From Escherichia phage Jk06, in the sequence record DQ121662.1: a stretch of 46,072 bases of DNA; one strand, written 5' to 3'. The position numbers were made by a program, and so were the translations under genes. Shown piece after piece: positions 19,761 to 28,216 of the stretch (position 1 is the stretch's first letter; each line of letters starts with the position of its first letter). Below the pieces are notes generated by a model. The model was not told the origin of the DNA. It saw only the letters and a list, made by a program, of their open reading frames with translations, and ran no database searches.

Positions 19761-21323
19761 CTAACGCCAGCTAGCCTCATTAAGCGGGCTCTCGGATCGT
19801 CACTCAAGTTCAATTCACAGTTGATGGCCATTGTTGTCGTATCCACAATGTCATCATGGGGATGAGAATCGTCAGCAGTGAACGCCGAGAACTCGGTTAA
19901 TAGCGAGGTAAGCCATGGCGCAGAGTCAGGCAGAACTACGTTACCAGCTTTAATCTGTGGCAGTGCGCTCATCACCCTGGTTAACTTATCTGTATCTGGA
20001 ACGAAAGGCTCGATAGGAGTTCGCATTACCCGACCCGCCGACTGGATAAGTCCTATTCCAGACGCTTTCTTCTCGATAATAACCTTGCGCAATATACCAT
20101 CTGTCTTACTAGCTGCTCTATGCTTACTCTCAAAGTCCAGAAGAGTTTGCTCAAGTTCAGGTGCTTCCCATTTACCCCTTACCATATCGAGAAGATAAAG
20201 CCTGTTATCTTTGCGCCCCCATAGCTGGAATACTGAGTAGTCGCTATAACTCTTAGTAGTCATGGCAGTATCAGCCGTAATGAATCGGTAGTCATACTTG
20301 GCTGGAGGTCTGTTATTCTCATCGAGGCGAACAACCAATCTACGTTGATCAGGTTTCCACCCAGAGCTACTGGAGATTGTTGGTACTGGCTAAGGAATGT
20401 GTACGGATCTGAGTCCCACATTGCCATCAAGTCATGCACAGATTCCTTCTGCGGGAAGTAGCTGTAATACTTAACACCATCTCGCTCGACGTACTCGGAT
20501 GAAAGCACGTCCTTCTCGAACTGCTCACGAATCCAGTCAGGGAGTTCATTCACATATTCTTCAGTGACCAGCGCCGGTATCTTCACTACATCAAAGTCGA
20601 TACCCATACCACCAGAAGTCATGAACCACGTTGAATCCTGAGTATGAAGCCTTTGCTGAATTGACAGAATTGGCGTAGCTTTACCTTTAACGCTACTCGC
20701 CCTACGTGAGCGAATGGTATTTTTAAGTAAAACGTGGACAGCTTCTCGCCTTACCTTGCTGAGCATATCGTCTGGCTTGTCTGGGTCATCAAGCATCAAG
20801 CAACCGCTATAGGTTTCAGTAATATAACCGCCACGAGCGCCGGTAATCTGACCGCCAATTGCCTTAGATATCGCTTCGAACCTAACCTTTCCACTCTCGT
20901 CAAGAACCTGAATCTCGTCATCCTTGCACGTGCCGAACTTACAGGGCCATAGTTCCTGAAACTCACTGACTTTATAAGGTCGCGAACACGCTTAGAGTTG
21001 CGCTTCACCAGACTGTCAGAGAATGAGAGGCTCAGATTTCGCACCTTCTTTAGCTTAAGCATTGAATATACAGGGAAGTGTATTGAAGTAATCTCGGTCT
21101 TCCCGGCCCCAGGAGCCACGTTAATGATGGTATCCCTACGCTCGCCACTAATAACCTCGTCAATTATTCGGCAAAGGTACTTGTGATGCCAGTTAGGGAT
21201 GTATCGCTCTCCCTGGCTTAGCTGAAACCACACGCGAAGGAATGCCTCGAAGCTGTGAGTGGACAGCGCTTTAACTGCCAGCTTTTCGGCTGGCGTCATT
21301 TCTTCCCAAACTAATGTCTTCAT
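19757..21323 (-). CDS. terminase large subunit, frame interrupted twice (about 20260-20340 and 20796)
   Basis: N-terminal fragment has Walker A VAPGAGKTE; C-terminal fragment has a nuclease-type acidic motif; three overlapping track ORFs 20796-21323, 20260-20799, 19757-20338. Confidence 0.85.
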
Positions 21324-21836
21324 AGTTTATCCATTACAGAAGCCAGAGCGGCCTTCATCGCTTCTTCATCGTTCACTACGGCATTTGAAGCGTTATTGAT
21401 GTTAACCTCTTGCGGCTTATCAATACCAAGGTCTTTGCCAATAAGTCCAGGGTTGACGATGTTGTTAACACCCAACTGGTACTTCTGTTCAAAGATAACT
21501 GAGTCGACGAACTCCATAACTTCATCGAATCCTGGTGATGATCGCCATTTGCTAATAGCATTATGACCAACGCCGCAGAAAAGCTGGAATCCAGGTTATC
21601 GTAAATACCCTCGGCTTGTGAACAAGGTTTTCCGTTACGACACCCTGAAAGCTTGCTGTCTCGATAGCTTTAATTGCCTGCTCTTCAGCCCAGCTGAAAT
21701 ACCTTACAGCCATGTCGAATACCTGCTCGGGAGTGTATCTGTGGTTAATCTTAAGATTGGCAATGTCGCCATACTTCTTATTGTAAAGCTCCTTGAAGTT
21801 ACCAATCTTCTGGTGAATTTTTTTCTCTTCTGACAT
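21320..21836 (-). CDS. terminase small subunit (putative), frame interrupted near 21520-21570
   Basis: Track ORFs 21561-21836 and 21320-21517 immediately upstream of the large terminase gene; position-based call. Confidence 0.45.
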
Positions 21837-21883
21837 TTGATATTCCTCCTGTTTTAAAAGTCATTGTACCATGACTATGGACG

Positions 21884-21907
21884 AAAAAAAGCCCTCACAA
21901 GGAGGGC
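21884..21907 (-). terminator. intrinsic terminator
   Basis: GCCCTCCTTGTGAGGGC hairpin followed by TTTTTTT on the minus strand. Confidence 0.5.
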
Positions 21908-21935
21908 AAAGTACTGCATTGCGAGATGACCAATC

Positions 21936-22121
21936 TCAAACGAGGGATACTTTATCAACGCTGACTTTGTGGACTGTCAGGTCAATCTTAAATGCTGCCT
22001 TTGCGGCTGCAACTGCTTCTTCAGGGCTTTTAGCAATGAACCTACCTTCGTAGGATTGCTGGCAAGATTTGCATTGCCGACCCATTAGGCGGGAAGTTAA
22101 ACGGACTTCGTAGTTATTCAC
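21936..22121 (-). CDS. hypothetical small protein with a CxxC pair
   Basis: 61 aa ORF downstream of the tRNA and followed by the terminator. Confidence 0.35.
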   Translation of the reverse strand: MNNYEVRLTSRLMGRQCKSCQQSYEGRFIAKSPEEAVAAAKAAFKIDLTVHKVSVDKVSLV

Positions 22122-22137
22122 TAGGATGCTCCATGTT

Positions 22138-22213
22138 TGGTGTTCCGCACTGGACTCGAACCAGTAACTGAGACTTAGGAGGTCTCTGCGTTATCCTGTT
22201 ACGCCAGCAGAAC
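22138..22213 (-). tRNA. tRNA-Arg (anticodon CCT), 76 nt with encoded CCA
   Basis: Hand-folded cloverleaf: 7 bp acceptor stem with one G-U pair, D-arm GCGT/ACGC, anticodon stem GAGAC/GTCTC with loop CTCCTAA, T-arm ACTGG/CCAGT with loop TTCGAGT, discriminator A, CCA. Confidence 0.75.
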
Positions 22214-22251
22214 TAGAATGAGTCCCGCTTACCGAATGCGGGGAGGTTTCA

Positions 22252-22292
22252 CAATCCTCGGAAGGTCCGGCCAATCCTCGGAAAGGTCCGGC
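22252..22292. repeat. tandem direct repeat, 2 x about 20 bp (CAATCCTCGGAA(A)GGTCCGGC)
   Basis: Two adjacent near-identical units directly upstream of the tRNA on the minus strand. Confidence 0.6.
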
Positions 22293-22488
22293 ATACACCA
22301 TTTGCGCTGGTGTAGTGGTATTTGCCTCGTATCTTTATCCAGCCCGGCTATCGGCTTGCATCTCCGCGATGCGCGTTACGGTCATTGCCGTCTACGTGGT
22401 TAATACTAACCACTTTTAACATTTTCGTCAAGCCATGACGACGAAATAAATCCACGTCAACATGCCAGCCAGGAACCAGATTGATAGC

Positions 22489-22704
22489 TCAGTCATAAAA
22501 TACCTCAAAGTAACCAAACTCAATGTCATTGCCATCTTTAACCATCTCTATACACCCATCTTCTGACTCACATTTAACCCAACCATATGCGGGTGATGAC
22601 AAAATGCTGTAAGATTTACCAGTTTTGAACTTCTTATCATTGTAAGACCCAATACATCTGACTTTCCCTAGTGATTTAGTCATAAATCTGCTCCCCATCT
22701 TCAC
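22489..22704 (-). CDS. hypothetical protein
   Basis: 71 aa ORF in a co-oriented cluster of small early genes. Confidence 0.4.
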   Translation of the reverse strand: MKMGSRFMTKSLGKVRCIGSYNDKKFKTGKSYSILSSPAYGWVKCESEDGCIEMVKDGNDIEFGYFEVFYD

Positions 22705-22915
22705 GCTTACCTACGCGACCAGCAAGATAGCCTGCAACCCAAACAAACTTCATCTTCTCGATGATTGTACTGACTGGGCTATGAAACTCACAGATAATCG
22801 CCTTCATGATGTCATTATCCTGCTTCTGCTTGCTTGTCAGCTTATCCACCGCCTCGTTAAGTTTCTTAGCTTGGGCGCGAACTGCATTAAATTGTGGTTG
22901 AGTAAGTCCGAACAT
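22676..22915 (-). CDS. hypothetical protein
   Basis: 79 aa ORF in a co-oriented cluster of small early genes. Confidence 0.4.
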   Translation of the reverse strand: MFGLTQPQFNAVRAQAKKLNEAVDKLTSKQKQDNDIMKAIICEFHSPVSTIIEKMKFVWVAGYLAGRVGKREDGEQIYD

Positions 22916-23055
22916 GATTAAGCCTTCTTGTAAGATTGAATATCGCCACCTAGGACTGCCTGCTGTGCCTTTGCTGATTCATAGCTGTCATACATTCGTT
23001 TGTGCATTACGCTATTGAACTTGCCAGTGTAGTACGTGTGAATCCATATCATGGG

Positions 23056-23349
23056 TTATTCTCCAGCGATGTAAAATTCAGCGTCGAGATAAAATGCAGG
23101 CTGAAACAATTCTCTCTCATCGTCATATTCATCATATCCAGTATATACGTAACCATTCCTAACCTGTTCCGCTTGAAGCTCACCATCACATACCCACAAG
23201 CAAACGAAGCTACCAATTTTAATTGCTTCATCAATAGATATGCGCCTCATTGTTTGTTTCTTACTCCCCATGTGAATTGCTCGCTTGCCGTCACCACCTT
23301 CAGAATCGTTGGCTGCCAATAAGTTGCCAGTGAATACGTTAATCTTCAT
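23056..23349 (-). CDS. hypothetical protein
   Basis: 97 aa ORF in a co-oriented cluster of small early genes. Confidence 0.4.
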   Translation of the reverse strand: MKINVFTGNLLAANDSEGGDGKRAIHMGSKKQTMRRISIDEAIKIGSFVCLWVCDGELQAEQVRNGYVYTGYDEYDDERELFQPAFYLDAEFYIAGE

Positions 23350-23486
23350 TTCTTCTCCTCGCGCTCATGCCACATGTTCATCAACTCAAAGTACGCCATT
23401 ACTTCATCCCCATCTTTAGCCTCATCCATCATCTTTTTACACCATTCACTTGGCAACTCATCATATCCACACATTTAATCTTTCCT

Positions 23487-23551
23487 CGTCTCATTTCGAT
23501 AAAGTAATGGTAACGCATCCTTGCGATGGATGTTTAGCAATTTGTGCTATT
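23487..23551 (-). promoter_or_regulatory. early promoter module (IR plus leader variant TATCGAAATGAGA)
   Basis: IR TTTAGCAATTTGTGCTATT at 23533-23551 on the plus strand (reverse orientation), leader-like element and RBS before a small minus-strand ORF starting near 23475. Confidence 0.45.
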
Positions 23552-23846
23552 TGTTGCTCCAGCTATCAAGATAATGTTTAGGTCCGTTGCGATACTTGTC
23601 TATAAGTTCCTGGACATGTGCACCCCTTTGATCATGGAATTCTATGGCCTTCTGAAGCGATACAATGGCCTCATTGATGTCGGTAGGGTAATCCTTATGT
23701 CGTGTTCGAATGCCGCTGCACAGTACCTTTTTGATGGCATGCTGTAGTGCCGGGTCCGTTACGCCAAATGCTGCGATGACGCGATATACATCAACCGTAG
23801 TCTTGGTGCCGTCCAGGCCAATGATCTCTTTTTCGTACTTACTCAT
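23547..23846 (-). CDS. hypothetical protein
   Basis: 99 aa ORF; translationally coupled to the small repeat-containing ORF upstream (TGAGATATG junction). Confidence 0.4.
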   Translation of the reverse strand: MSKYEKEIIGLDGTKTTVDVYRVIAAFGVTDPALQHAIKKVLCSGIRTRHKDYPTDINEAIVSLQKAIEFHDQRGAHVQELIDKYRNGPKHYLDSWSNK

Positions 23847-23849
23847 ATC

Positions 23850-23984
23850 TCAATCCTCAAATTCAAAGTCAAATTCAAAGTCAAAGTCAACATATGCAGT
23901 CATTGTATCAGCGTCGCATACAGCAATGTAGCCGTGACTGTAATCAAGAATCAAATCTTCAACAGGAATCATATAGTAGTACAT
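23850..23984 (-). CDS. small hypothetical protein with DFDFEFDFEF tail encoded by a hexanucleotide repeat
   Basis: 44 aa ORF; plus-strand repeat AAATTCAAAGTCAAATTCAAAGTCAAAGTCAA at 23859-23890. Confidence 0.3.
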   Translation of the reverse strand: MYYYMIPVEDLILDYSHGYIAVCDADTMTAYVDFDFEFDFEFED

Positions 23985-24102
23985 ATCTCAACCCTCATTA
24001 TAGTGCCGCCATGCGTCTTCTGCATTAACATGGCGTATCTCTCGTCTACGTAATGCAGGAGCATATCGATACCCCTGCTGCTGAATGTGTGTTCGTAGAT
24101 TG

Positions 24103-24336
24103 TCACTTGTATTGGCTATCCAGTTGGCAGCCTGATAGTGCCGAACAAATCTGCTCGTACTCAAGCCAGGCCAAGTCCTCTTCCCACGGCAGTATATCTT
24201 CAAACTCCTGATTTCGAATCTGATTTACAACCTCTGTAAGCGATTCTGACGCGCTAAACATCTTGCGGCTAAGGCAATGCATTAGTATAGCCCTAATCTC
24301 GGCAGCATGCTCTTCTGACAGGTTAATGGTAATCAT
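24103..24336 (-). CDS. hypothetical protein (overlaps ORF 23988-24203; possibly one interrupted gene)
   Basis: 77 aa ORF; the downstream 71 aa ORF overlaps it in another frame. Confidence 0.35.
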   Translation of the reverse strand: MITINLSEEHAAEIRAILMHCLSRKMFSASESLTEVVNQIRNQEFEDILPWEEDLAWLEYEQICSALSGCQLDSQYK

Positions 24337-24386
24337 GTTAGCTTCCTATCGTTTAGTTGTCATTTGCTTCAATTATGATACTGAAT

Positions 24387-24617
24387 TTACTCGCTTCTAC
24401 GCCGACCAGTGTAACCCTTGCCATTCTCAATCCCCTCAGCCGCCTGAATAAGCGCCGCCGCCAGTTTGCGCGCTTGGTAGGCAGTATAGTGAGCAAGCGC
24501 ACATCCGTCGCCATGGTTACCGAAGTTGATATCAATACTCACGATGCCTTCGTAATGTACTGAGGTTGACACCTCTGTGCGAGCGCCTGCGAAATCTTCA
24601 ATAATTACAGCTTTCAT
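24387..24617 (-). CDS. hypothetical protein
   Basis: 76 aa ORF with an IR promoter-like motif at 24674-24692 and an RBS upstream. Confidence 0.4.
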   Translation of the reverse strand: MKAVIIEDFAGARTEVSTSVHYEGIVSIDINFGNHGDGCALAHYTAYQARKLAAALIQAAEGIENGKGYTGRRRSE

Positions 24618-24673
24618 GGTTATTTCCTCTTTGTTGTTGATAGGGTAATCATAGCTGACTACCCAATTTATTG

Positions 24674-24692
24674 TTTAGCAATTTGTGCTATA
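24674..24692 (-). promoter_or_regulatory. inverted-repeat promoter/operator motif copy
   Basis: TTTAGCAATTTGTGCTATA on the plus strand, i.e. AATAGCAC-N4-TGCTAA oriented with minus-strand transcription. Confidence 0.45.
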
Positions 24693-25235
24693 TTCGCCAT
24701 TCAGGAGAGTTTTCGCTTTCCGGTAGAACTGTATGGCCTTCTCCACCTCATCGGCATCATAGCCATGGATTGTTGTTTGCGTTGGCACGTAGTTTGAGCG
24801 TGGCGCGTCGGATCGGTACTGACTGCACCAGTTTTGCACGTCGTCCTTATCCATCCCAACCAGGGCCGGATGAACATAAATCTTATCGCCAATGAGGCAA
24901 ACAATTCCCGCCTCCTGTAGTTCTGGGATGATGTTATTTGTCAGGTCATGCATAATCCCTTCGCGCCCGACGAATGGCTGGACCTTTCGGATTGCCTCGT
25001 ATAGAGATCGAATGCCAACCACTCCATTCCAGCCCTGGCGGCTAATCCTGCTCACTACGACACCGTATTTGTAGCTCAACTTGACGCACAGCATCTCTTC
25101 GGCGCTGGGCCAGAAATTGAATGATTGGCGGTATCCATTAGTATTGATTGCCACACGAAGTGGCGGCAGGTTATCTTGCCTGGCGACTTCCATCACCTGG
25201 TCATCAGTTAACTTATCTTCGTCGAAATCAAACAT
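24675..25235 (-). CDS. short paralogue of the 28217-29808 gene (shares its N-terminal and C-terminal domains, lacks the central P-loop region)
   Basis: N-terminus MFDFDEDKLTDDQVMEVARQDNLPPLRVAINTNGYRQS matches MFDFNDDKLTVEQVMAVAAQDGLPPLRVAINANGYRQS; segment GVVGIRSLYEAIRKV...CLIGDKIYVHP matches GVVGLRSLYEAARKV...CLIGDKVYINP. Confidence 0.5.
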   Translation of the reverse strand: MFDFDEDKLTDDQVMEVARQDNLPPLRVAINTNGYRQSFNFWPSAEEMLCVKLSYKYGVVVSRISRQGWNGVVGIRSLYEAIRKVQPFVGREGIMHDLTNNIIPELQEAGIVCLIGDKIYVHPALVGMDKDDVQNWCSQYRSDAPRSNYVPTQTTIHGYDADEVEKAIQFYRKAKTLLNGEYSTNC

Positions 25236-25777
25236 TAGTTAAACTCCTTGATCATCTCTTGATACATGCGGATAGCCTTAACTGCGCCAGTCAGCTCATC
25301 ACCTTCAAAATCCAGTACGTTAGGTGATAACTTAAGCAAGCGAGATTTGAACTTCTCAATAACAGCCCTCTCCTTTTCTTCTTTCTCTCTTTGTTTTGCT
25401 TTTGGCTCCTTAAGCCCCTCGGTGAGATGGATTAGCAGGTATTTATCAGCACCATCGCCATCATACTGGCGGGGCGTGGTATCTTCACCATCCGCATCAA
25501 TCCAGATGAATTGATAACGGGCGATATACTTAGCCTCACGCAACTCTCTCATTCGTGACAATGTATTATGAATGTATGAGTTCTTTAACTCACTCAACTT
25601 CCGCTCTCCAAGGTTGATAATATCCCCGGTTTTATCATCAGTCTCCATTTCCGGGTAATCATGACCTCTAATTTGTCGGTAAATATCTCGAACTGGAACC
25701 TTGAACTCCTTATCTTCTGACTGGAGTGCCTTTTTAGCCATGAATCGAATTACTTCACCTAAGGTCGTTTTGCTCAT
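25235..25777 (-). CDS. hypothetical protein (first gene of a leftward early operon)
   Basis: 180 aa ORF with RBS GAGAGGAA; TATAGT and CATCGAAACGAGG leader at about 25800-25830; stop overlaps the start of the next gene. Confidence 0.5.
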   Translation of the reverse strand: MSKTTLGEVIRFMAKKALQSEDKEFKVPVRDIYRQIRGHDYPEMETDDKTGDIINLGERKLSELKNSYIHNTLSRMRELREAKYIARYQFIWIDADGEDTTPRQYDGDGADKYLLIHLTEGLKEPKAKQREKEEKERAVIEKFKSRLLKLSPNVLDFEGDELTGAVKAIRMYQEMIKEFN

Positions 25778-26487
25778 GATGATTCCTCTCGTTGATTGTT
25801 GTTTGTTGCCTCGTTTCGATGAAATGACTATAGCAAAGATTTACGTGTCTATAAATGTATTTTTTTGTTTATTTTAAAATTGATACGCTTTTTTCCCTGC
25901 ATGCCGCATCGTTGCTGGGTGTGTACAGGCGTCTACGTGCGTCTACATATAGATGAGGGGGTTCTAGCTATATCCCCCTATATTTTCCTACAAGGTAGTA
26001 CAATTCCTACAGTGTAGGAATAAAAATAGAAATTTAAGCAAACCAACCTATATAGTAGCGTACAGATGATACGCTATATATACATAATACTATATATAAT
26101 AATAATAATAGTCTAAGTCCTTTATATATAAGGATATTTTAGTGTATATGGATTGTATCAAGGCGTATAAATTGTAAATGTGGATACGGTCGACAATCGG
26201 TAGACAGCGGACTACGCGTATATAAAAGAAGTCTCTCCGCGAGCGATAAAACCAACCAACTATTTGATCCAAACCTCCTTTCATTCAATCCATCCATCCA
26301 TCATTGCCAAACTGGCAACAATCAATAAACCTGTTGCACTCGATGAAATATTGCTTTATGTGTAATAGTCATGCTAATCATCGCAATGCCTGCAACAATC
26401 CATAAATCTGACGAATAGCACTTTTTGCTAAAGACAAATCCACCATGACTGGCTATAGTTTGCCAATCAACAGAGAGGAGAAGAAAC
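25778..26487. other. AT-rich intergenic region with iterons, palindromes and microsatellites between divergent early operons (candidate origin / control region)
   Basis: GCGTCTAC x2, palindrome ATTCCTACAGTGTAGGAAT, (ATA)n, TCCTTTATATATAAGGA, (CCAT)3, TTGCCAAACTGGCAA; no ORF of 60 aa or more. Confidence 0.5.
26414..26459 (+). promoter_or_regulatory. early promoter module (IR plus TATAGT)
   Basis: AATAGCACTTTTTGCTAA at 26414-26431, TATAGT at 26454-26459, RBS GAGGAG and ATG at 26488. Confidence 0.5.
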
Positions 26488-26706
26488 ATGAAAGCGATTA
26501 TTATCAACAACGAAATTAGGTACGACGAAGATTCAATGAGCCTTGCCGAACTTGGCTATCAGATTGGTGAGGAGGTGGAAGTTTACGAGATTGAAGGCTT
26601 CTACATGATGAGTTTAAAGGATCATGTATATGTTGATGGTACTCTTGCAATCTTTCAAGGTGAACAGTTTGTTGTTAGTAATGAAGAAATCAAGGTGGTA
26701 GCATGA
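26488..26706 (+). CDS. hypothetical protein
   Basis: 72 aa ORF with RBS; first gene of a rightward early operon. Confidence 0.45.
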   Translation: MKAIIINNEIRYDEDSMSLAELGYQIGEEVEVYEIEGFYMMSLKDHVYVDGTLAIFQGEQFVVSNEEIKVVA

Positions 26707-26942
26707 AGATTCGCTGCACCAACGTTATCCAAAGCACGGATAAGGATGTATTAACACCATTCATAAAAGGCTCCGTATACGACGCCGAGCCTCTAATCAT
26801 TAATGGTAAAACAATCCCGAACGAGTGGGTTATTAATGGCGCTGAGCGACCTCACAAGCACGATTCCGGCTGGATTGCTATCGCAGCATGGAAGGTTGGA
26901 ATGTTTATCCCTGGTGTTGCAACTTTTGATGAGGTTAAGTAA
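26703..26942 (+). CDS. hypothetical protein
   Basis: 79 aa ORF with ATGA overlap to the upstream gene. Confidence 0.45.
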   Translation: MKIRCTNVIQSTDKDVLTPFIKGSVYDAEPLIINGKTIPNEWVINGAERPHKHDSGWIAIAAWKVGMFIPGVATFDEVK

Positions 26943-27095
26943 ATGCTAAAGCCATCTGACTTGAACTATTACGATCTAGAAACCATAGCCAAGTACAGCG
27001 GTAAGGGTTGGCCTGTTGGTGACTACTTCAAAGAAGATTTGATTGAGAGCTTCAACATCGTCCAGAAGGAAATTGCAAAAGCAGCAAAGAAATAG
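26943..27095 (+). CDS. hypothetical small protein (50 aa)
   Basis: ATG overlapping the upstream stop (TAAATG); not in the ORF track because it is shorter than 60 aa. Confidence 0.35.
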   Translation: MLKPSDLNYYDLETIAKYSGKGWPVGDYFKEDLIESFNIVQKEIAKAAKK

Positions 27096-27153
27096 CACGA
27101 ATTGCTAAAGCCCTTCGGGGCTTTTACTGTATATTCATCTCATCGAAACGAAA
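27091..27153 (+). promoter_or_regulatory. early promoter module (IR, terminator hairpin, TATATT, CATCGAAACGAAA leader)
   Basis: IR at 27091-27108, hairpin GCCCTTCGGGGC, TATATT at 27130-27135, leader at 27141-27153, ATG at 27174. Confidence 0.55.
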
Positions 27154-27173
27154 AGTACTAAAGGAAAATAATC

Positions 27174-27527
27174 ATGGCTACTACTATCACAAAGAATTGG
27201 GTTAGCAGTGATAACAAATTATTTCAAGCTCGCGTGAAGGATGGAGTTGAGCAGATTAAAGTCGATGGTAAATGGCAAAACCTAACTGAGCGGGGGCGTT
27301 ACATCAAGACTAAGACTCTTTATGTCACATTTGTTAACCATAAATCAGGAGTATCAAAGTCATTCAAGCAAGGTCGTCGCTATCAGGTAGAAATGACCGC
27401 ATCTCTTGGACAGAACGCTGGTAAAATATTTGATGAAGATGGTGACTCATGGACGCTGATTCGCTCTGAAGATGTTGGATTTACAACTGTTTGCGGAACT
27501 TATAAATTCGAGAGCCAATACAAATGA
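27174..27527 (+). CDS. hypothetical protein
   Basis: 117 aa ORF with RBS AAGGAAA. Confidence 0.45.
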   Translation: MATTITKNWVSSDNKLFQARVKDGVEQIKVDGKWQNLTERGRYIKTKTLYVTFVNHKSGVSKSFKQGRRYQVEMTASLGQNAGKIFDEDGDSWTLIRSEDVGFTTVCGTYKFESQYK

Positions 27528-27718
27528 ATGAGACAGTAAGAATTTACATAACAAAAGATTCAATTTATTGCAAGTCTATACAACACGGCACTAAGTACAG
27601 ATACTGCAAAGATAGAGGCTATTTTTGCGTGGTTGATTTCATTACTAGAAAAGGGTTGCTTGAAACTTTCATAGATAAAATGCCTAGTAATAAGCTATCA
27701 TCTGGCGAAAGGTTTTAA
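27524..27718 (+). CDS. hypothetical protein
   Basis: 64 aa ORF overlapping the upstream stop. Confidence 0.4.
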   Translation: MNETVRIYITKDSIYCKSIQHGTKYRYCKDRGYFCVVDFITRKGLLETFIDKMPSNKLSSGERF

Positions 27719-27720
27719 TT

Positions 27721-27766
27721 AATAGCACTTTTTGCTAATGACACTACCCGCTTCGGCGGGTATATT
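27721..27766 (+). promoter_or_regulatory. early promoter module (IR, hairpin, TATATT)
   Basis: AATAGCACTTTTTGCTAA at 27721-27738, hairpin CCCGCTTCGGCGGG, TATATT at 27761-27766. Confidence 0.5.
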
Positions 27767-27803
27767 TGTTTCCATCAAGAAGACAAACACTAAGGTGAAC
27801 AAA

Positions 27804-27920
27804 ATGAAAAACATCTCTAAAGCAGTTGATGCGGTAATGGAACAAGTAATTAAGTTTGGTTTCTTTGGCTTCATGGGCGCAATCGCTGTTGTAGTTGGCA
27901 AATGTCTGGTTGGTCTTTAA
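27804..27920 (+). CDS. small hydrophobic protein (38 aa, single predicted transmembrane helix)
   Basis: ATG at 27804 with RBS TAAGGTG; sequence MKNISKAVDAVMEQVIKFGFFGFMGAIAVVVGKCLVGL. Confidence 0.35.
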   Translation: MKNISKAVDAVMEQVIKFGFFGFMGAIAVVVGKCLVGL

Positions 27921-27982
27921 TGGCACTTTTTGCTAAAGACCTTAACAACAAAAATTGATATATTCTCTTCATCGAAACGAAA
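27919..27982 (+). promoter_or_regulatory. early promoter module (IR, TATATT, CATCGAAACGAAA leader)
   Basis: IR at 27919-27936, TATATT at 27959-27964, leader at 27970-27982. Confidence 0.55.
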
Positions 27983-28002
27983 TACATTAAAAGGGCTAAA
28001 AA

Positions 28003-28182
28003 ATGGATATCATGACTACTATCGAAAACATCAAACCTGGCATGATGGTAAAAATGGGGCCGCTGTTCCGCAAAGTACTTCACGTTGACCTTAAGGAGAA
28101 TATCATCACCGTAATGATTAGAGGTCGCGCAAAGCTGTATCTTCCTCATAAAGGTCAGATGATTGAAGTTCGTATCAAGTAA
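28003..28182 (+). CDS. hypothetical small protein (59 aa)
   Basis: ATG at 28003 with RBS AAGGG; followed by hairpin AGCCCCTTCGGGGGC. Confidence 0.35.
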   Translation: MDIMTTIENIKPGMMVKMGPLFRKVLHVDLKENIITVMIRGRAKLYLPHKGQMIEVRIK

Positions 28183-28216
28183 ATAGTCAAGCCCCTTCGG
28201 GGGCATTTAGAGAGAG

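Noticed and set aside
7295-21836. Programmed ribosomal frameshifts explaining the split structural genes
   Set aside because: There are too many breaks, they fall in genes not known to use recoding (terminase, portal, capsid), and they also occur in early genes; sequence indels are the simpler explanation, except possibly at the chaperone pair.
22214-22450. Possible second tRNA or tRNA remnant upstream of tRNA-Arg
   Set aside because: A D-loop-like AGTGGTA is present but there is no T-loop (GTTCGANTCC) or acceptor pairing; the tandem repeat accounts for most of the local structure.
23859-23890. CRISPR-like repeat array
   Set aside because: The units are 6 bp, tandem and inside a coding frame; there are no spacers and no cas genes anywhere in the window.
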